Positions 8,958 to 29,733 of a DNA stretch of 64,000 bases are shown here, in pieces. The stretch is taken from NCBI RefSeq assembly GCF_055900595.2, contig NZ_CM148325.1, one strand, 5' to 3'. Made by a program: the position numbers and the translations under genes. A model generated the notes under the pieces. That model ran no database searches. It was not told where the DNA came from and saw nothing but the letters and a program-made list of their open reading frames with translations. The first letter of the stretch is position 1. Each line of letters begins with the position of its first letter.

Positions 8958-9668
8958 CTATCCTTCATTTTTGGGGTGAGTAAGTGGGCTGCGGCGCGAA
9001 GCAGACAGATCCACGTGTTTGTGTCGGGCGTAGAGTTTGGCAAGCTGGACGAGAATAAACAGTGCCAGGCCCGCCAGACAGAGTTGTAAAATAAAGCGCA
9101 GCGTAATGCCTTCACTGGCGAGATCGCTGGCCATCACGGTATAAATAACGATACCGGGCAGGGTAGTGAGTGCCGAAATAAAGGTATAAGGCCAGAAGGC
9201 GATAGTGGTTAATCCGTAGGCGTAATTTTGAATATTGTAAGGAAACAGCGGGATTAAGCGGGTAAGAATTAAAAAATCGATACCGTTATGTGCAATGCCT
9301 TTTTCAATGGCCTGGAAGGTATGGCTGTGACCAACGTATTTCAGCAATAAATCGCGCCCCAAAAAGCGTGCCAACAGGAATGAACTCGAGGAGGCCAGCG
9401 TGGCGGCAATTAATGAGAGTAGTGTCCCTAAGATCGGGCCAAAAACTATGCCTCCAGCGATCACCAGTATGCTTCCTGGTAACAGAAAGAGGGTGGCAAT
9501 GATGAATAACACAATATAAAGGCAATAACCGAACAATCCGCTCTGGCGAATGAGAGTTTGTAAGTGGGGTAAATCGGTGAGCAGATCGAATAAACCGCAA
9601 GCGTGGATAGCGTAAATGACCAGCGCAAAAATAAAACAGGCAAAAAGAAATTTACGCTCAGCGTTCAT
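8958..9668 (-). CDS. ydjX: TVP38/TMEM64 (DedA-like) inner membrane protein
   Basis: Start trimmed to ATG 9666..9668 (236 aa) with AGGAAA RBS; synteny after xthA. Confidence 0.8.
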   Translation of the reverse strand: MNAERKFLFACFIFALVIYAIHACGLFDLLTDLPHLQTLIRQSGLFGYCLYIVLFIIATLFLLPGSILVIAGGIVFGPILGTLLSLIAATLASSSSFLLARFLGRDLLLKYVGHSHTFQAIEKGIAHNGIDFLILTRLIPLFPYNIQNYAYGLTTIAFWPYTFISALTTLPGIVIYTVMASDLASEGITLRFILQLCLAGLALFILVQLAKLYARHKHVDLSASRRSPLTHPKNEG

Positions 9669-9834
9669 TGTGGAGTTTCCTATATCAAACTTGATAATAG
9701 AGAAGTGGTCAGACAACTAAAAACGCTGTGACGGTATAACAAAGGACGACAAGCAACAAATCATTACTGACAGTTTGTTGATTTTTCTCAAGGTTAATTC
9801 TCCTGACTCCGTTTGAGCCAGGAGAGCAGCTAAA

Positions 9835-10641
9835 TTAGCGGCGGAAGGTCGCCCACACAGGCGCGTGATCGGACGGTTTTTCCATGCTGCGAATTTCATA
9901 GTCGATGCCGGTTTCTACGCAACATTCTGCCAGCGGTTGGCTGGCGAGAAGCAGGTCGATGCGCAGACCACGGTTATCGTCAAAACCTTTTGAGCGGTAA
10001 TCAAACCATGAGAAACGATCTGCCGTTTGCGGATTCGCATGGCGGAAGGTATCGACCAACCCCCAGCTCATCAGTCTCTCCATCCATTCGCGTTCCTCCG
10101 GAAGGAAAGAACATTTTCCGGTACGCAGCCAGCGCTTACGGTTCTCTTCGCCAATGCCAATATCCAGGTCGGTAGGACTGATATTCATATCGCCCATAAT
10201 CAGCACCGGATTTTCACGCTTGAGTTCGGTTTCCAAATAATTTTGCAGATTCTGATAAAACTGCGCCTTCGCCGGGAATTTTATCGGATGGTCGCGGCTT
10301 TCACCCTGCGGGAAGTAACCGTTGATCACGGTGACATTGCCCAGCGGCGAGGGGATTTCCGCCATAATAATTCGCCGTTGTGCCTCTTCGCCGTCGTCAG
10401 GGAAGCCGCGACGCACAGCAATCGGCGTCTCTTTGGTCAACAATGCCACGCCGTAATGGCCTTTCTGCCCGTGATAAAACACGTTGTAGCCGAGCTTTGC
10501 CACCTCTTCGAGCGGAAACATATCGTCATGAACTTTTGTCTCCTGCAGGCCAATCACATCTGGTTGGTGCTTTTCGACGATGGCTTCAAGCTGGTGAGGT
10601 CTGGCGCGCAGGCCGTTGATATTAAAAGAGACAAATTTCAT
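9835..10641 (-). CDS. xthA: exodeoxyribonuclease III
   Basis: 268 aa from [14 protein letters not shown]...; EEP nuclease motifs; ends ...[12 protein letters not shown]. Confidence 0.95.
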   Translation of the reverse strand: MKFVSFNINGLRARPHQLEAIVEKHQPDVIGLQETKVHDDMFPLEEVAKLGYNVFYHGQKGHYGVALLTKETPIAVRRGFPDDGEEAQRRIIMAEIPSPLGNVTVINGYFPQGESRDHPIKFPAKAQFYQNLQNYLETELKRENPVLIMGDMNISPTDLDIGIGEENRKRWLRTGKCSFLPEEREWMERLMSWGLVDTFRHANPQTADRFSWFDYRSKGFDDNRGLRIDLLLASQPLAECCVETGIDYEIRSMEKPSDHAPVWATFRR

Positions 10642-10996
10642 AGTCGCTGCCATTTATTCAGATAAAGAGTGCGTGGATGGTAGCAGAATTTCGCTTTGCT
10701 TACCGCCTGTTGTTAAGTGATTTGATCGATGGTTGTTAATGATGTCAACGATGGCGCAAAAATTGCCCGCTTTTGGTGCGCGCTGCGTCAGAATGGCGCA
10801 GTAATTTCCAGTAAATTTCGTCAATGATCACAATTCCAGAATTATATTTTACTTTTGCATAACATTGCGTTTTTTATTCTTTTTATTCATCATCATCGCA
10901 AACATATTCACTTTTTATGCACTTTAAATGCATGGCGTACAGTTATAACTCCTTGATTATCAGTTAATCGCCCCCTTTTATGCACTTTTATCACTG

Positions 10997-11014
10997 GCTG
11001 GCACGAACCCTGCA
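10997..11014 (+). promoter_or_regulatory. sigma54 (-24/-12) promoter of the ast operon
   Basis: CTGGCACgaaccCTGCA about 75 bp upstream of astC; the ast operon is known to be NtrC/sigma54- and ArgR-controlled. Confidence 0.55.
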
Positions 11015-11065
11015 ATCTACATTTACAGCGCAAACATTACTTATTATTAACATATAAATAACTAA

Positions 11066-17114
<6,049 letters not shown>

Positions 17115-17118
17115 TACT

Positions 17119-17144
17119 TACCCGCAGAAATCATTCTGCGGGTA
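17119..17144 (+). terminator. hairpin after astE
   Basis: CCCGCAGAA-loop-TTCTGCGGG immediately after the astE stop. Confidence 0.5.
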
Positions 17145-17317
17145 TTAAGTTACTTTCTTATAAATTAATACAGATTAATCCTGGTTATTTGCTTTATTTA
17201 TCACCAGTCATCCGGTATAGTTCTTCATAATCTCTGCAAAATCATCATGTTGTAATATTCTCTCATCACTCTCCATCAAATTTTCTTTTTTTCTCCATAA
17301 TTGGCGCAAAAGTGTTT

Positions 17318-17338
17318 TTTACACTTTCATTGTTTTAC
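17318..17338 (-). promoter_or_regulatory. candidate CpxR-type box upstream of spy
   Basis: Reverse strand reads GTAAAacaatGAAAGtGTAAA about 110 bp upstream of spy; spy is a known Cpx/Bae target. Confidence 0.35.
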
Positions 17339-17443
17339 CGTTGCTCTGATTAATTGACGCTAAAATCAGTAAAGTTAATCTCGTCAACACGGCACGCTAC
17401 TTAAGAAAGCCGTAATAAATAACTGAAAGGAAGGATATAGAAT

Positions 17444-17929
17444 ATGCGTAAATTAACTGCACTGTTTGTTGCCTCTACCCTGGCTCTTGGCGCGGCTAAC
17501 CTGGCCCATGCCGCAGACACCACTACCGCAGCACCGGCTGACGCGAAGCCGATGATGCACCACAAAGGCAAGTTCGGTCCGCATCAGGACATGATGTTCA
17601 AAGACCTGAACCTGACCGACGCGCAGAAACAGCAGATTCGCGAAATCATGAAAGGCCAGCGTGACCAGATGAAACGTCCGCCGCTGGAAGAACGTCGCGC
17701 AATGCATGACATCATTGCCAGCGATACCTTCGATAAAGCAAAAGCTGAAGCGCAGATCGCAAAAATGGAAGAACAGCGCAAAGCTAATATGCTGGCGCAC
17801 ATGGAAACCCAGAACAAAATTTACAACATCCTGACGCCGGAACAGAAAAAGCAATTTAATGCTAATTTTGAGAAGCGTCTGACAGAACGTCCAGCGGCAA
17901 AAGGTAAAATGCCTGCAACTGCTGAATAA
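17444..17929 (+). CDS. spy: periplasmic chaperone Spy
   Basis: 161 aa, signal peptide, LTDAQKQQIREIMK. Confidence 0.95.
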   Translation: MRKLTALFVASTLALGAANLAHAADTTTAAPADAKPMMHHKGKFGPHQDMMFKDLNLTDAQKQQIREIMKGQRDQMKRPPLEERRAMHDIIASDTFDKAKAEAQIAKMEEQRKANMLAHMETQNKIYNILTPEQKKQFNANFEKRLTERPAAKGKMPATAE

Positions 17930-17948
17930 TCTTTCAGCCAAAAAACTT

Positions 17949-18020
17949 AAGACCGCCGGTCTTGTCCACTACCTTGCAGTAATGCGGTGGACAGGATCGG
18001 CGGTTTTCTTTTCTCTTCTC
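17949..18020 (+). terminator. compound intrinsic terminator after spy
   Basis: Two adjacent hairpins (GACCGCCGGTC and GTCCAC...GTGGAC) followed by a T-rich run. Confidence 0.6.
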
Positions 18021-18053
18021 AAACAGATGCAAAAAAAGCCTGATCGCCACTAA

Positions 18054-19554
<1,501 letters not shown>

Positions 19555-19704
19555 TGTTGACTCCGAGTGCTGGTTATCTATCCAGTGTAACAGGTGGGGA
19601 GCGATTAAAAAAGAGGCGGGTCGATGACAAAGGTTACACCATGAGACGTGCTACGCCTGTCAGGCCTATTCGACTCCTGCAATGTATTGAATTTGCATAG
19701 TTTT

Positions 19705-19741
19705 GTAGGTCGAATAAGGCGTTCACGCCGCATCCGGCGTG
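19705..19741. repeat. REP (repetitive extragenic palindrome) element
   Basis: GTAGGTCGAATAAGGCGTTCACGCCGCATCCGGCG matches the REP consensus family. Confidence 0.7.
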
Positions 19742-19783
19742 AACAAAGGGCTCTTTTTCGCACAAGCCAATATGTGCAAATTA

Positions 19784-20611
19784 TTACTTTTTCCAGAAAT
19801 CATCGAAAACGGTAATTGGCGGACGGCGTTTATGTTCAGTTTTCAGATACCAGTTCTCTATTGTTCTGGCGACCTGTTCAGGTACGTTTTTCCCTTCCAG
19901 ATAGTCGTCGATATTGTCATAGGTCACGCCGAGTGCCACTTCATCTGGCAGAGAAGGGCGATCATCTTCCAGATCGGCCGTTGGGGCTTTCTTATAAAGA
20001 TGTTCCGGACAACCTAATGCCGCCAGTAACTGTTTACCCTGACGTTTGTTGAGGCGATACAGCGGATTAATGTCCGTACCGCCGTCACCATATTTAGTGA
20101 AGAATCCGGTAATGGCTTCTGCTGCATGATCGGTGCCCACCACGACACCGCTGGTCATACCCGCAATGCTATATTGTGCTTTCATCCGCTCACGCGCTTT
20201 TTCATTGCCACGGACAAAATCACTTAATTCAATACCCGCTTCGCGCAGCGCCTGTTCGCTGGCCAATACCGCGCCCTTGATATTAACGGTTAATACGCGA
20301 TCCGGTTGAATAAAGGCAATGGCATCCTGACAATCTTGTTCGTCGGCCTGAACACCATAGGGCAGGCGTACGGCAATAAATTGCAGCGATTCGTTGCCGG
20401 TTTCCTGGCGCAGCTCATTAATCGCCATCTGGCACAGCTTACCGGCAAGCGTGGAGTCCTGACCGCCGCTGATCCCGAGCACCAGTGATTTAATGAACGG
20501 ATAAGTTTGCAGGTAGCTTTTCAGAAAATCGACACTACGACGAATTTCCTCTTCAGCATTAATCTGCGGTTTTGCGCCCAGCGCCTTTATTATTTGTTGT
20601 TGCAATGTCAT
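19784..20611 (-). CDS. nadE: NH3-dependent NAD+ synthetase
   Basis: 275 aa, PP-loop SGGQDS. Confidence 0.95.
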
Positions 20612-20812
20612 TGAACCCCTCCAGACAGAAAAGACAAAACTTCCTTAAAGCTAACCCGTTGCTACTGAAACGACAAGCGACAGCGGGCTGAATGGTGGTT
20701 AAAACGTCATACAGGAATCCTCTGAAAGCGGAGCCGTTTCGTTCACGGGCTTGAAAAAGCGCCCAATGTATTCCAGGCTTATCTAACACGCTGATAAACA
20801 AGAGGACGGAAT

Positions 20813-21151
20813 ATGAACAAGAATATGGCAGGAATTCTGAGTGCAGCGGCGGTATTAACCATGCTGGCGGGTTGTACGGCTTATGATCGTACCAAAGACC
20901 AGTTTGTACAGCCTGTGGTGAAAGACGTCAAAAAAGGCATGAGCCGGGCGCAGGTTGCACAAATTGCGGGTAAACCTTCGTCTGAAGTGAGCATGATTCA
21001 TGCTCGTGGTACTTGCCAGACCTACATCCTGGGTCAACGTGATGGTAAAGCAGAAACCTACTTTGTCGCGTTAGATGATACCGGACATGTCATCAACTCC
21101 GGTTATCAGACCTGTGCTGAATACGACACTGATCCACAGGCTGCGAAGTAA
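20813..21151 (+). CDS. osmE: osmotically inducible lipoprotein E
   Basis: 112 aa, lipobox LAGCTAY. Confidence 0.9.
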
Positions 21152-21182
21152 TCACTTCGCCTGAAAGCTTGAGTTACAACGG

Positions 21183-21210
21183 AAACCGGCCATTGTGCCG
21201 GTTTTTTTTG
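21183..21210 (+). terminator. intrinsic terminator after osmE
   Basis: AACCGGCcattgtGCCGGTT followed by T8. Confidence 0.8.
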
Positions 21211-21449
21211 GCCTGAGTTCTTAATTATCTTCGCGAATTATTTGCCCGAAATGTGAAGAGGGTCATAACCGCAGGTCAAGGAGAGACAATTTATAAGGTC
21301 AAAGAAATACTATTGCTCAGGTCTATACCGTATACTCCTTTCAGCCACAAAAAAAGTCATGTTGGTTTCGCAAGTTACCCAGAGCATGGAAGCAGGTTAA
21401 GGCTTGCGGAGTGTCTGGCTGACAGATAATCGTCGATGAGGGCAGTTTT

Positions 21450-21770
21450 ATGGAAAAGAAACACATTTATCTGTTTTGTTCTGCGGGCATGTCTACCTCT
21501 TTACTGGTATCAAAAATGCGCGCACAGGCAGAAAAATATGAAGTTCCGGTCATTATTGAAGCATTTCCGGAAACACTGGCCGGTGAAAAAGGTCAGAATG
21601 CCGATGTCGTGTTATTAGGGCCGCAGATTGCTTATATGTTGCCCGAAATCCAGCGTTTGTTACCCAACAAACCGGTTGAAGTAATTGACTCGCTGCTTTA
21701 TGGCAAAGTCGATGGTTTAGGCGTGCTTAAGGCTGCGGTTGCAGCGATTAAAAAAGCCGCAGCAAATTAA
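21450..21770 (+). CDS. chbB: PTS chitobiose-specific EIIB
   Basis: 106 aa, phospho-Cys context [12 protein letters not shown]. Confidence 0.95.
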   Translation: MEKKHIYLFCSAGMSTSLLVSKMRAQAEKYEVPVIIEAFPETLAGEKGQNADVVLLGPQIAYMLPEIQRLLPNKPVEVIDSLLYGKVDGLGVLKAAVAAIKKAAAN

Positions 21771-21854
21771 TTTATTTTAAATTTTCCCGTCAAAGAGTTA
21801 TTTCATAAATCAATACCGCAATATTTAAATTGCGGTTTTTAAGGGTATTTTTCT

Positions 21855-23213
21855 ATGAGTAATGTTATTGCATCGCTTGAAAAGGTACTCCTCCCTTTTG
21901 CAGTTAAAATAGGAAAGCAGCCACACGTTAATGCAATCAAAAATGGCTTTATTCGCTTAATGCCGTTAACCCTTGCGGGGGCCATGTTTGTATTAATTAA
22001 CAACGTTTTTCTAAGCTTTGGGGAGGGGTCGTTTTTTTATTCCTTAGGTATTCGCCTGGATGCCTCAACCATTGAAACACTTAATGGTCTGAAAGGTATT
22101 GGCGGCAACGTATATAACGGAACATTAGGGATAATGTCTTTAATGGCACCGTTCTTTATTGGCATGGCGCTGGCAGAAGAGCGTAAAGTCGATGCGCTGG
22201 CGGCTGGGTTGTTATCCGTTGCAGCATTTATGACCGTCACCCCATATAGTGTCGGTGAGGCCTATGCGGTTGGCGCAAACTGGTTAGGTGGGGCGAATAT
22301 CATCTCCGGGATTATTATTGGCCTGGTGGTGGCAGAAATGTTTACCTTTATTGTCCGCCGCAATTGGGTCATTAAATTGCCCGACAGCGTACCTGCTTCA
22401 GTATCGCGTTCCTTCTCGGCATTAATCCCCGGCTTTATTATTCTTTCCGTGATGGGGATTATTGCCTGGGCGTTGAATACCTGGGGCACCAACTTCCATC
22501 AGATCATTATGGATACCATCTCAACCCCACTGGCATCGTTGGGTAGCGTGGTGGGCTGGGCCTATGTGATCTTTGTTCCACTGCTCTGGTTCTTCGGTAT
22601 TCATGGTGCGCTGGCGCTGACCGCACTGGACAACGGCATTATGACGCCGTGGGCGCTGGAAAATATCGCGACCTATCAGCAATATGGTTCCGTCGAAGCG
22701 GCGCTGGCAGCCGGTAAGACCTTCCATATCTGGGCCAAGCCGATGCTGGACTCCTTTATTTTCCTTGGGGGCAGTGGTGCGACTTTAGGCCTGATCCTGG
22801 CTATCTTTATCGCCTCTCGCCGTGCTGATTATCGTCAGGTGGCAAAACTGGCGCTGCCGTCCGGCATCTTCCAGATTAACGAACCGATTCTGTTTGGTTT
22901 GCCAATTATCATGAACCCGGTGATGTTTATCCCGTTTGTACTGGTGCAACCGATTCTGGCGGCAATCACTCTGGCAGCGTACTACATGGGCATTATTCCT
23001 CCGGTGACCAATATTGCACCGTGGACCATGCCAACCGGTCTGGGGGCCTTCTTTAACACCAACGGTAGCGTCGCCGCATTGCTGGTTGCACTCTTCAACC
23101 TTGGTATCGCAACGTTAATTTATCTGCCCTTTGTTGTGGTGGCTAACAAAGCACAAAACGCGATTGATAAAGAAGAGAGCGAAGAAGATATCGCTAACGC
23201 CCTGAAATTTTAA
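21855..23213 (+). CDS. chbC: PTS chitobiose-specific EIIC permease
   Basis: 452 aa, polytopic. Confidence 0.95.
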
Positions 23214-23263
23214 TCGATGCCGGTACGGGTAATCGTGCCGGTAAGAATAGAGAGGAACGATGT

Positions 23264-23614
23264 ATGATGGATCTCGATAATATTCCCGATACGCAAACGG
23301 AAGCTGAAGAGCTGGAAGAAGTGGTGATGGGGCTTATCATCAACTCCGGACAAGCGCGCAGCCTGGCGTATGCCGCACTGAAACAGGCGAAGCAGGGCGA
23401 TTTTGCCGCAGCAAAAGCCATGATGGATCAGTCACGGATGGCATTGAATGAAGCGCATCTGGTACAGACGAAACTGATTGAAGGCGATGCGGGCGAAGGT
23501 AAGATGAAAGTGAGTCTGGTGCTGGTCCACGCTCAGGATCATTTAATGACGTCCATGCTTGCGCGTGAACTGATTACTGAATTAATTGAGCTTCATGAAA
23601 AACTGAAGGCATAA
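23264..23614 (+). CDS. chbA: PTS chitobiose-specific EIIA
   Basis: 116 aa. Confidence 0.9.
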   Translation: MMDLDNIPDTQTEAEELEEVVMGLIINSGQARSLAYAALKQAKQGDFAAAKAMMDQSRMALNEAHLVQTKLIEGDAGEGKMKVSLVLVHAQDHLMTSMLARELITELIELHEKLKA

Positions 23615-23621
23615 GGAGTCG

Positions 23622-24464
23622 ATGATGCAGCCAGTGATTAACGCGCCGGAAATTGCCACTGCCCGAGAACAGCAGTTGTTTAATGGCAAAAACTTCCATG
23701 TGTTTATCTACAACAAAACTGAGAGTATCAGCGGACTGCATCAGCACGACTATTATGAATTTACTCTGGTATTAACCGGGCGTTATTTCCAGGAGATTAA
23801 CGGTAAGCGCGTGTTACTGGAACGGGGCGATTTTGTTTTTATTCCGTTAGGTTCGCACCATCAAAGTTTTTATGAGTTTGGTGCCACGCGCATATTGAAC
23901 GTTGGGATCAGTAAACGCTTTTTTGAGCAGCATTACCTGCCGTTGTTGCCTTATTGCTTTGTCGCTTCGCAGGTATACCGGACCAATAACGCTTTTCTCA
24001 CCTATGTGGAAACCGTGATTTCTTCATTGAATTTCCGCGAAACAGGGCTGGAAGAGTTTGTTGAGATGGTTACTTTTTATGTCATTAACCGTTTGCGTCA
24101 TTACCGCGAAGAACAGGTGATTGATGATGTACCGCAGTGGCTGAAAAGTACGGTAGAAAAGATGCATGATAAAGAGCAGTTTAGTGAATCGGCGCTGGAG
24201 AATATGGTGACGTTGTCAGCCAAATCACAGGAATATTTGACGCGAGCGACTCAACGATATTATGGCAAAACACCAATGCAGATTATTAATGAGATCCGTA
24301 TTAATTTTGCCAAAAAACAACTGGAAATGACCAACTATTCCGTGACGGATATTGCGTTTGAGGCCGGTTATAGTAGCCCGAGCTTGTTTATTAAAACGTT
24401 TAAGAAATTAACGTCCTTTACGCCTAAGAGCTATCGTAAGAAATTGACTGAATTTAATCAGTAA
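23622..24464 (+). CDS. chbR: AraC-family regulator of the chb operon
   Basis: 280 aa, C-terminal AraC helix-turn-helix. Confidence 0.9.
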   Translation: MMQPVINAPEIATAREQQLFNGKNFHVFIYNKTESISGLHQHDYYEFTLVLTGRYFQEINGKRVLLERGDFVFIPLGSHHQSFYEFGATRILNVGISKRFFEQHYLPLLPYCFVASQVYRTNNAFLTYVETVISSLNFRETGLEEFVEMVTFYVINRLRHYREEQVIDDVPQWLKSTVEKMHDKEQFSESALENMVTLSAKSQEYLTRATQRYYGKTPMQIINEIRINFAKKQLEMTNYSVTDIAFEAGYSSPSLFIKTFKKLTSFTPKSYRKKLTEFNQ

Positions 24465-24568
24465 GTCGTTATACCTGACAATTCACATATCTGTCCTGTT
24501 GCTGGATTATTTATGTCCGGGGGGGCAGATATGCCAGATATCAGTACTCTGTACTGAAGGGAGAGTTT

Positions 24569-25921
24569 ATGAACCAGATATTAAAAGTCGTCACTATTGG
24601 TGGCGGGAGCAGCTATACCCCGGAATTACTGGAAGGATTTATTAAGCGTTATCACGAATTGCCGGTCAGCGAATTATGGCTGGTGGATGTCGAAGATGGT
24701 AAAGAGAAACTGGATATTATTTTTGATCTCTGCCAACGGATGATTGATAACGCTGGCGTCCCGATGAAGCTTTATAAAACGCTGGATCGCCGCGAAGCAT
24801 TGAAAGATGCTGATTTCGTTACTACCCAACTGCGCGTAGGCCAATTACCGGCGCGCGAACTGGATGAACGTATTCCATTAAGTCATGGTTATCTTGGTCA
24901 GGAAACTAACGGCGCGGGCGGTTTGTTTAAAGGTCTGCGTACCATTCCGGTGATTTTTGACATCGTAAAAGATGTCGAAGAACTTTGTCCGAATGCATGG
25001 GTGATTAACTTCACTAACCCGGCGGGAATGGTCACTGAAGCCGTTTATCGTCATACCGGATTTAAACGCTTTATCGGCGTGTGTAATATTCCGATCGGCA
25101 TGAAGATGTTTATTCGCGATGTTCTGATGCTGAAAGACAGCGATGATTTATCTATCGATTTGTTCGGCCTCAACCATATGGTGTTCATTAAGGATGTGCT
25201 GGTAAATGGCAAATCACGCTTTGCCGAATTGCTTGATGGTGTGGCATCCGGGCAGTTAAAAGCATCTGGCGTTAAAAATATTTTCGATCTGCCATTTAGC
25301 GAAGGCTTAATTCGTTCTCTGAATCTGTTGCCGTGTTCTTATTTGCTTTATTACTTCAAGCAAAAAGAGATGCTGGCTATTGAAATGGGCGAATACTACA
25401 AAGGCGGCGCACGAGCGCAGGTAGTACAGAAAGTCGAGAAACAACTTTTTGAGCTATATAAAAACCCGGAGTTGAATGTTAAGCCGAAAGAGCTGGAACA
25501 GCGCGGTGGGGCTTATTACTCTGATGCAGCGTGCGAAGTGATCAACGCTATCTACAACGACAAGCAAGCAGAACATTACGTTAATATCCCGCATCATGGG
25601 CATATTGATAATATTCCGGCAGACTGGGCGGTAGAAATGACCTGTACGCTGGGGCGCGATGGCGCGACGCCACATCCGCGCATTACGCATTTCGATGATA
25701 AAGTGATGGGGCTGATTCACACCATCAAAGGCTTCGAGATTGCTGCCAGCAACGCCGCACTTAGCGGGGAATTTAACGATGTGTTACTGGCGCTAAACCT
25801 TAGTCCGTTGGTGCATTCCGATCGCGATGCTGAGCTGCTGGCACGCGAGATGATTCTGGCGCACGAGAAATGGCTGCCAAATTTTGCCGACTGCATCGCA
25901 GAGCTTAAAAAAGCACATTAA
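24569..25921 (+). CDS. chbF: 6-phospho-beta-glucosidase (GH4)
   Basis: 450 aa, N-terminal NAD-binding KVVTIGGGSSYTPEL. Confidence 0.95.
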   Translation: MNQILKVVTIGGGSSYTPELLEGFIKRYHELPVSELWLVDVEDGKEKLDIIFDLCQRMIDNAGVPMKLYKTLDRREALKDADFVTTQLRVGQLPARELDERIPLSHGYLGQETNGAGGLFKGLRTIPVIFDIVKDVEELCPNAWVINFTNPAGMVTEAVYRHTGFKRFIGVCNIPIGMKMFIRDVLMLKDSDDLSIDLFGLNHMVFIKDVLVNGKSRFAELLDGVASGQLKASGVKNIFDLPFSEGLIRSLNLLPCSYLLYYFKQKEMLAIEMGEYYKGGARAQVVQKVEKQLFELYKNPELNVKPKELEQRGGAYYSDAACEVINAIYNDKQAEHYVNIPHHGHIDNIPADWAVEMTCTLGRDGATPHPRITHFDDKVMGLIHTIKGFEIAASNAALSGEFNDVLLALNLSPLVHSDRDAELLAREMILAHEKWLPNFADCIAELKKAH

Positions 25922-26692
<771 letters not shown>

Positions 26693-26702
26693 GTAAGGTG
26701 GT

Positions 26703-26730
26703 AAGGTCACTCCCCAGGGGGCGTGACCTT
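26703..26730. terminator. bidirectional hairpin between convergent chbG and katE
   Basis: AAGGTCACtccccaggggcGTGACCTT. Confidence 0.6.
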
Positions 26731-26738
26731 ATCCATAT

Positions 26739-29000
26739 TTACGCCGGGATTTTGTCAATCTTAGGAATGCGTGACCACACGCGGTGTGCTGCCATCAGCG
26801 TTAACAGTTCATCCATAAAACTACCATCGGCGCTGTCAGCTTCCACAATCCCTTCTTCACCCTGGTCAGCGACCTTGATTGTTGCTTTAAACTTGCGCGC
26901 GTCTCCCGCCAGCGCAATCGGTTTAAGGTGTTTGTAGGCTTCCATCAGGTAGTAGTTGGCATCGCCGTTGTCAGCGATATCCGCGATATTGCCGCAAGGG
27001 ACAATAACCGCATCGACCGTCAGCGAAGGGGCTCCGGCAAATGTAGCGGCTATCGGCAGCACCGTACCGTCATCCGCAGTCACTTCACCCATTCGGGAGT
27101 AGAGCAGTTTGGCATGAACGCCTTTGGCCTTCAGCGCCTTGAGAATGGCCAGAAGGTCTGCCGATCTCACTTCATCATTAAGCAAAATCGCTACCACGCG
27201 ACCTTTTACATCACCGTCAGGAATGGCGTACAGACTTAAGGATGGATCCTTTTTCAGACCGTTGACGTCCGGAGGCGGGGTGATATTCAGCTGGTCGTCA
27301 GTCAGTTCGATACCGAGATTTTTCGCCACCGCCTGGGCCAGAGTGAGATCAATATGCGCCAGCTGGTCAACAACGCGCTCACGAATATACGGACGAACTA
27401 CTTTGCTTAACTCAAAGCTGAAACCATCGACAACATGGCGCTGCTCGAATGGCGTCTGACTTAGCCAGAACAGACGCGGATGGGAATAATATTCGCCAAA
27501 CGATGGACTGCGCTCGCGAACTTTATTTCCTTCCACGCGTTCCTGGTATGATTCAAAACCGCCACGTTTCGGCCCCGGCGGTGTTTCGCGCGGCCAGTTA
27601 TCGTTGATCGAGTTCGGTTCATAATTCGCCGGGTTAGTGTCGATCCCCATACGATGCATGCCGTCACGCTGGAAATTATGGTAAGGGCAGGTCGGGCGGT
27701 TAATCGGAATCTCATGGAAATTTGGTCCGCCAAGACGACTGATTTGTGTATCGGTATAAGAGAACAAACGCCCCTGCAACAGCGGATCGTTGGTGAAATC
27801 CAGACCGGGGACAATATGCCCAGGATGGAAAGCCGCCTGTTCGTTTTCGGCAAAGAAGTTATCCGGGTTGCGATTGAGCACCATTTTGCCAACACGCTGA
27901 ACGGGTACCAGTTCTTCCGGGATGAGTTTGGTTGGATCGAGAAGATCGAAGTCAAACTTGAATTCATCTTCTTCAGGAATCAACTGGAAGCCCAGTTCGT
28001 ATTCCGGAAAATCGCCTGCTTCGATGGCTTCCCACAACTCGCGGCGGTGGAAGTCCGGGTCACGTCCGGTTAGTTTTTGTGCTTCATCCCAAACGAGTGA
28101 GGCTTTACCTGCCAGTGGTTTCCAGTGGAAACGTACGAACGTTGCCTTCCCTTCGGCATTAATCAGGCGGAAGGTGTGAATACCGAAGCCTTCCATGGTG
28201 CGGTAACTGCGCGGGATCCCGCGATCCGACATCGCCCACATCACGTTGTGCAGAGTTTCAGGTTGCAGAGAAACATAATCCCAGAAAGTATCGTGGGCGC
28301 TTTGCCCTTGTGGGATTGCCCAGTGCGGTTCTGGTTTTACCGCATGAACAAAATCAGGGAATTTATGCGCATCCTGAATAAAGAAGATCGGCGTGTTATT
28401 GCCAACAAGGTCAAAAATACCCTCTTCAGTATAGAACTTGGTGGCAAAGCCACGGATATCACGCACGGTATCAGCAGAGCCAGCACCACCCTGAACGGTG
28501 GAGAATCGGACAAAGACCGGGGTAATTTTGTTGGGGTCTGACAGAAAATCCGCTTTGGTGATATCGCTTAAGCTTTTATATGGCTGGAAATAACCGTGAG
28601 CGGCTGAGCCGCGTGCATGAACAATACGTTCCGGGATGCGCTCATGGTCAAAGTGAGTGATTTTCTCGCGCAGAATAAAATCTTCCAGCAGCGTTGGACC
28701 ACGGTTACCGGCGCGCAGTGAGTTTTGATCGTCGGCGATGCGCACACCCTGATTAGTGGTCAGCGCATAATTTTCACTGCCTTTGCGTACGTCTTCCAGA
28801 GAATTAAGTTTTTCGTTACGCGTATCAGGGGCTTTCAGACTCCCTGGGGCGGTAGGTTGTGCACCTGGCGGTGTTGGTTCAGCCGCTGGACGATGAGATC
28901 CGTCCTCAGGTGCCAGTGAGTCCATCCCCGGTTTCGCTTCGCTGGAATCGTGTAGTGGTGACTGGTGCTGATGTGGGTTCTTTTCGTTATGTTGCGACAT
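26739..29000 (-). CDS. katE: catalase HPII
   Basis: 753 aa, large-subunit catalase, [15 protein letters not shown]. Confidence 0.95.
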   Translation of the reverse strand: MSQHNEKNPHQHQSPLHDSSEAKPGMDSLAPEDGSHRPAAEPTPPGAQPTAPGSLKAPDTRNEKLNSLEDVRKGSENYALTTNQGVRIADDQNSLRAGNRGPTLLEDFILREKITHFDHERIPERIVHARGSAAHGYFQPYKSLSDITKADFLSDPNKITPVFVRFSTVQGGAGSADTVRDIRGFATKFYTEEGIFDLVGNNTPIFFIQDAHKFPDFVHAVKPEPHWAIPQGQSAHDTFWDYVSLQPETLHNVMWAMSDRGIPRSYRTMEGFGIHTFRLINAEGKATFVRFHWKPLAGKASLVWDEAQKLTGRDPDFHRRELWEAIEAGDFPEYELGFQLIPEEDEFKFDFDLLDPTKLIPEELVPVQRVGKMVLNRNPDNFFAENEQAAFHPGHIVPGLDFTNDPLLQGRLFSYTDTQISRLGGPNFHEIPINRPTCPYHNFQRDGMHRMGIDTNPANYEPNSINDNWPRETPPGPKRGGFESYQERVEGNKVRERSPSFGEYYSHPRLFWLSQTPFEQRHVVDGFSFELSKVVRPYIRERVVDQLAHIDLTLAQAVAKNLGIELTDDQLNITPPPDVNGLKKDPSLSLYAIPDGDVKGRVVAILLNDEVRSADLLAILKALKAKGVHAKLLYSRMGEVTADDGTVLPIAATFAGAPSLTVDAVIVPCGNIADIADNGDANYYLMEAYKHLKPIALAGDARKFKATIKVADQGEEGIVEADSADGSFMDELLTLMAAHRVWSRIPKIDKIPA

Positions 29001-29203
29001 TGAACTCGTCTCCTTAATGTATTACTGAAAGGGCCGCTGTTTTGGTCAAAAAACTCTCTAACTATAGACCACCAGCCAGATCCCGCTTCGGAGACTATTC
29101 TGGAAACGGTGTTATGAAATACACGCAAAGCGGGACGTACAGGGGCTAAATCGGCTAAACTACAGTTTTTCTGATTTTTAATATGCGTTTAGTGAAGCCA
29201 GTA

Positions 29204-29446
29204 ATGAAGAAACCGCTCCGTCAGCAAAACCGCCAGATTATTAGCTATGTCCCACGCACGGAACCCGCGCCGCCAGAACATGCGATAAAGATGGATTCGT
29301 TTCGTGATGTCTGGATGCTGCGTGGCAAATATGTTGCGTTTGTACTGATGGGAGAGTCATTTCTGCGCTCACCGGCGTTTACTGTGCCTGAATCCGCCCA
29401 GCGTTGGGCAAATCAGATCCGCCAGGAAGGGGAAGTGACTGAGTAA
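29204..29446 (+). CDS. cedA: cell division modulator CedA
   Basis: 80 aa from ATG 29204 (MKKPLRQQNRQ...); an in-frame ATG at 29183 would give 87 aa. Confidence 0.8.
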   Translation: MKKPLRQQNRQIISYVPRTEPAPPEHAIKMDSFRDVWMLRGKYVAFVLMGESFLRSPAFTVPESAQRWANQIRQEGEVTE

Positions 29447-29733
29447 GGATTACGTACCTCCCGGTTTGGCCGGGAGTTACATGGCCTGAAATTCTGTATT
29501 TCGATGCAACATTCATTCAAATCACCTGTAACAAAAAGCTGCCTTTGACGATCTATTGCTATAAATAAGTGATCTTTTTTCTTTAATTGTTTATTTATTT
29601 TATAATAGTTAAGTTTAGCTAATCAGAATGAGCTATTTTTGATAGTTCATCCTGTGGCGTTGCCATTAAACTTATATTGTAAATTGCTTAGATTCAAATG
29701 AGATAATAATTTTGTTGAAATACGAGGTGGGAG

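Noticed and set aside
10027-10665. 212-aa ORF antisense to xthA
   Set aside because: Overlaps xthA completely on the opposite strand; no independent support.
26928-28541. Several ORFs on both strands inside katE (for example 27461..27967 and 28125..28541)
   Set aside because: Embedded in the 753-aa catalase gene, which has clear catalase motifs; treated as spurious.
29183-29203. Longer cedA start at ATG 29183
   Set aside because: Adds seven residues beyond the 80-aa form that I recall for CedA; kept as an alternative only.
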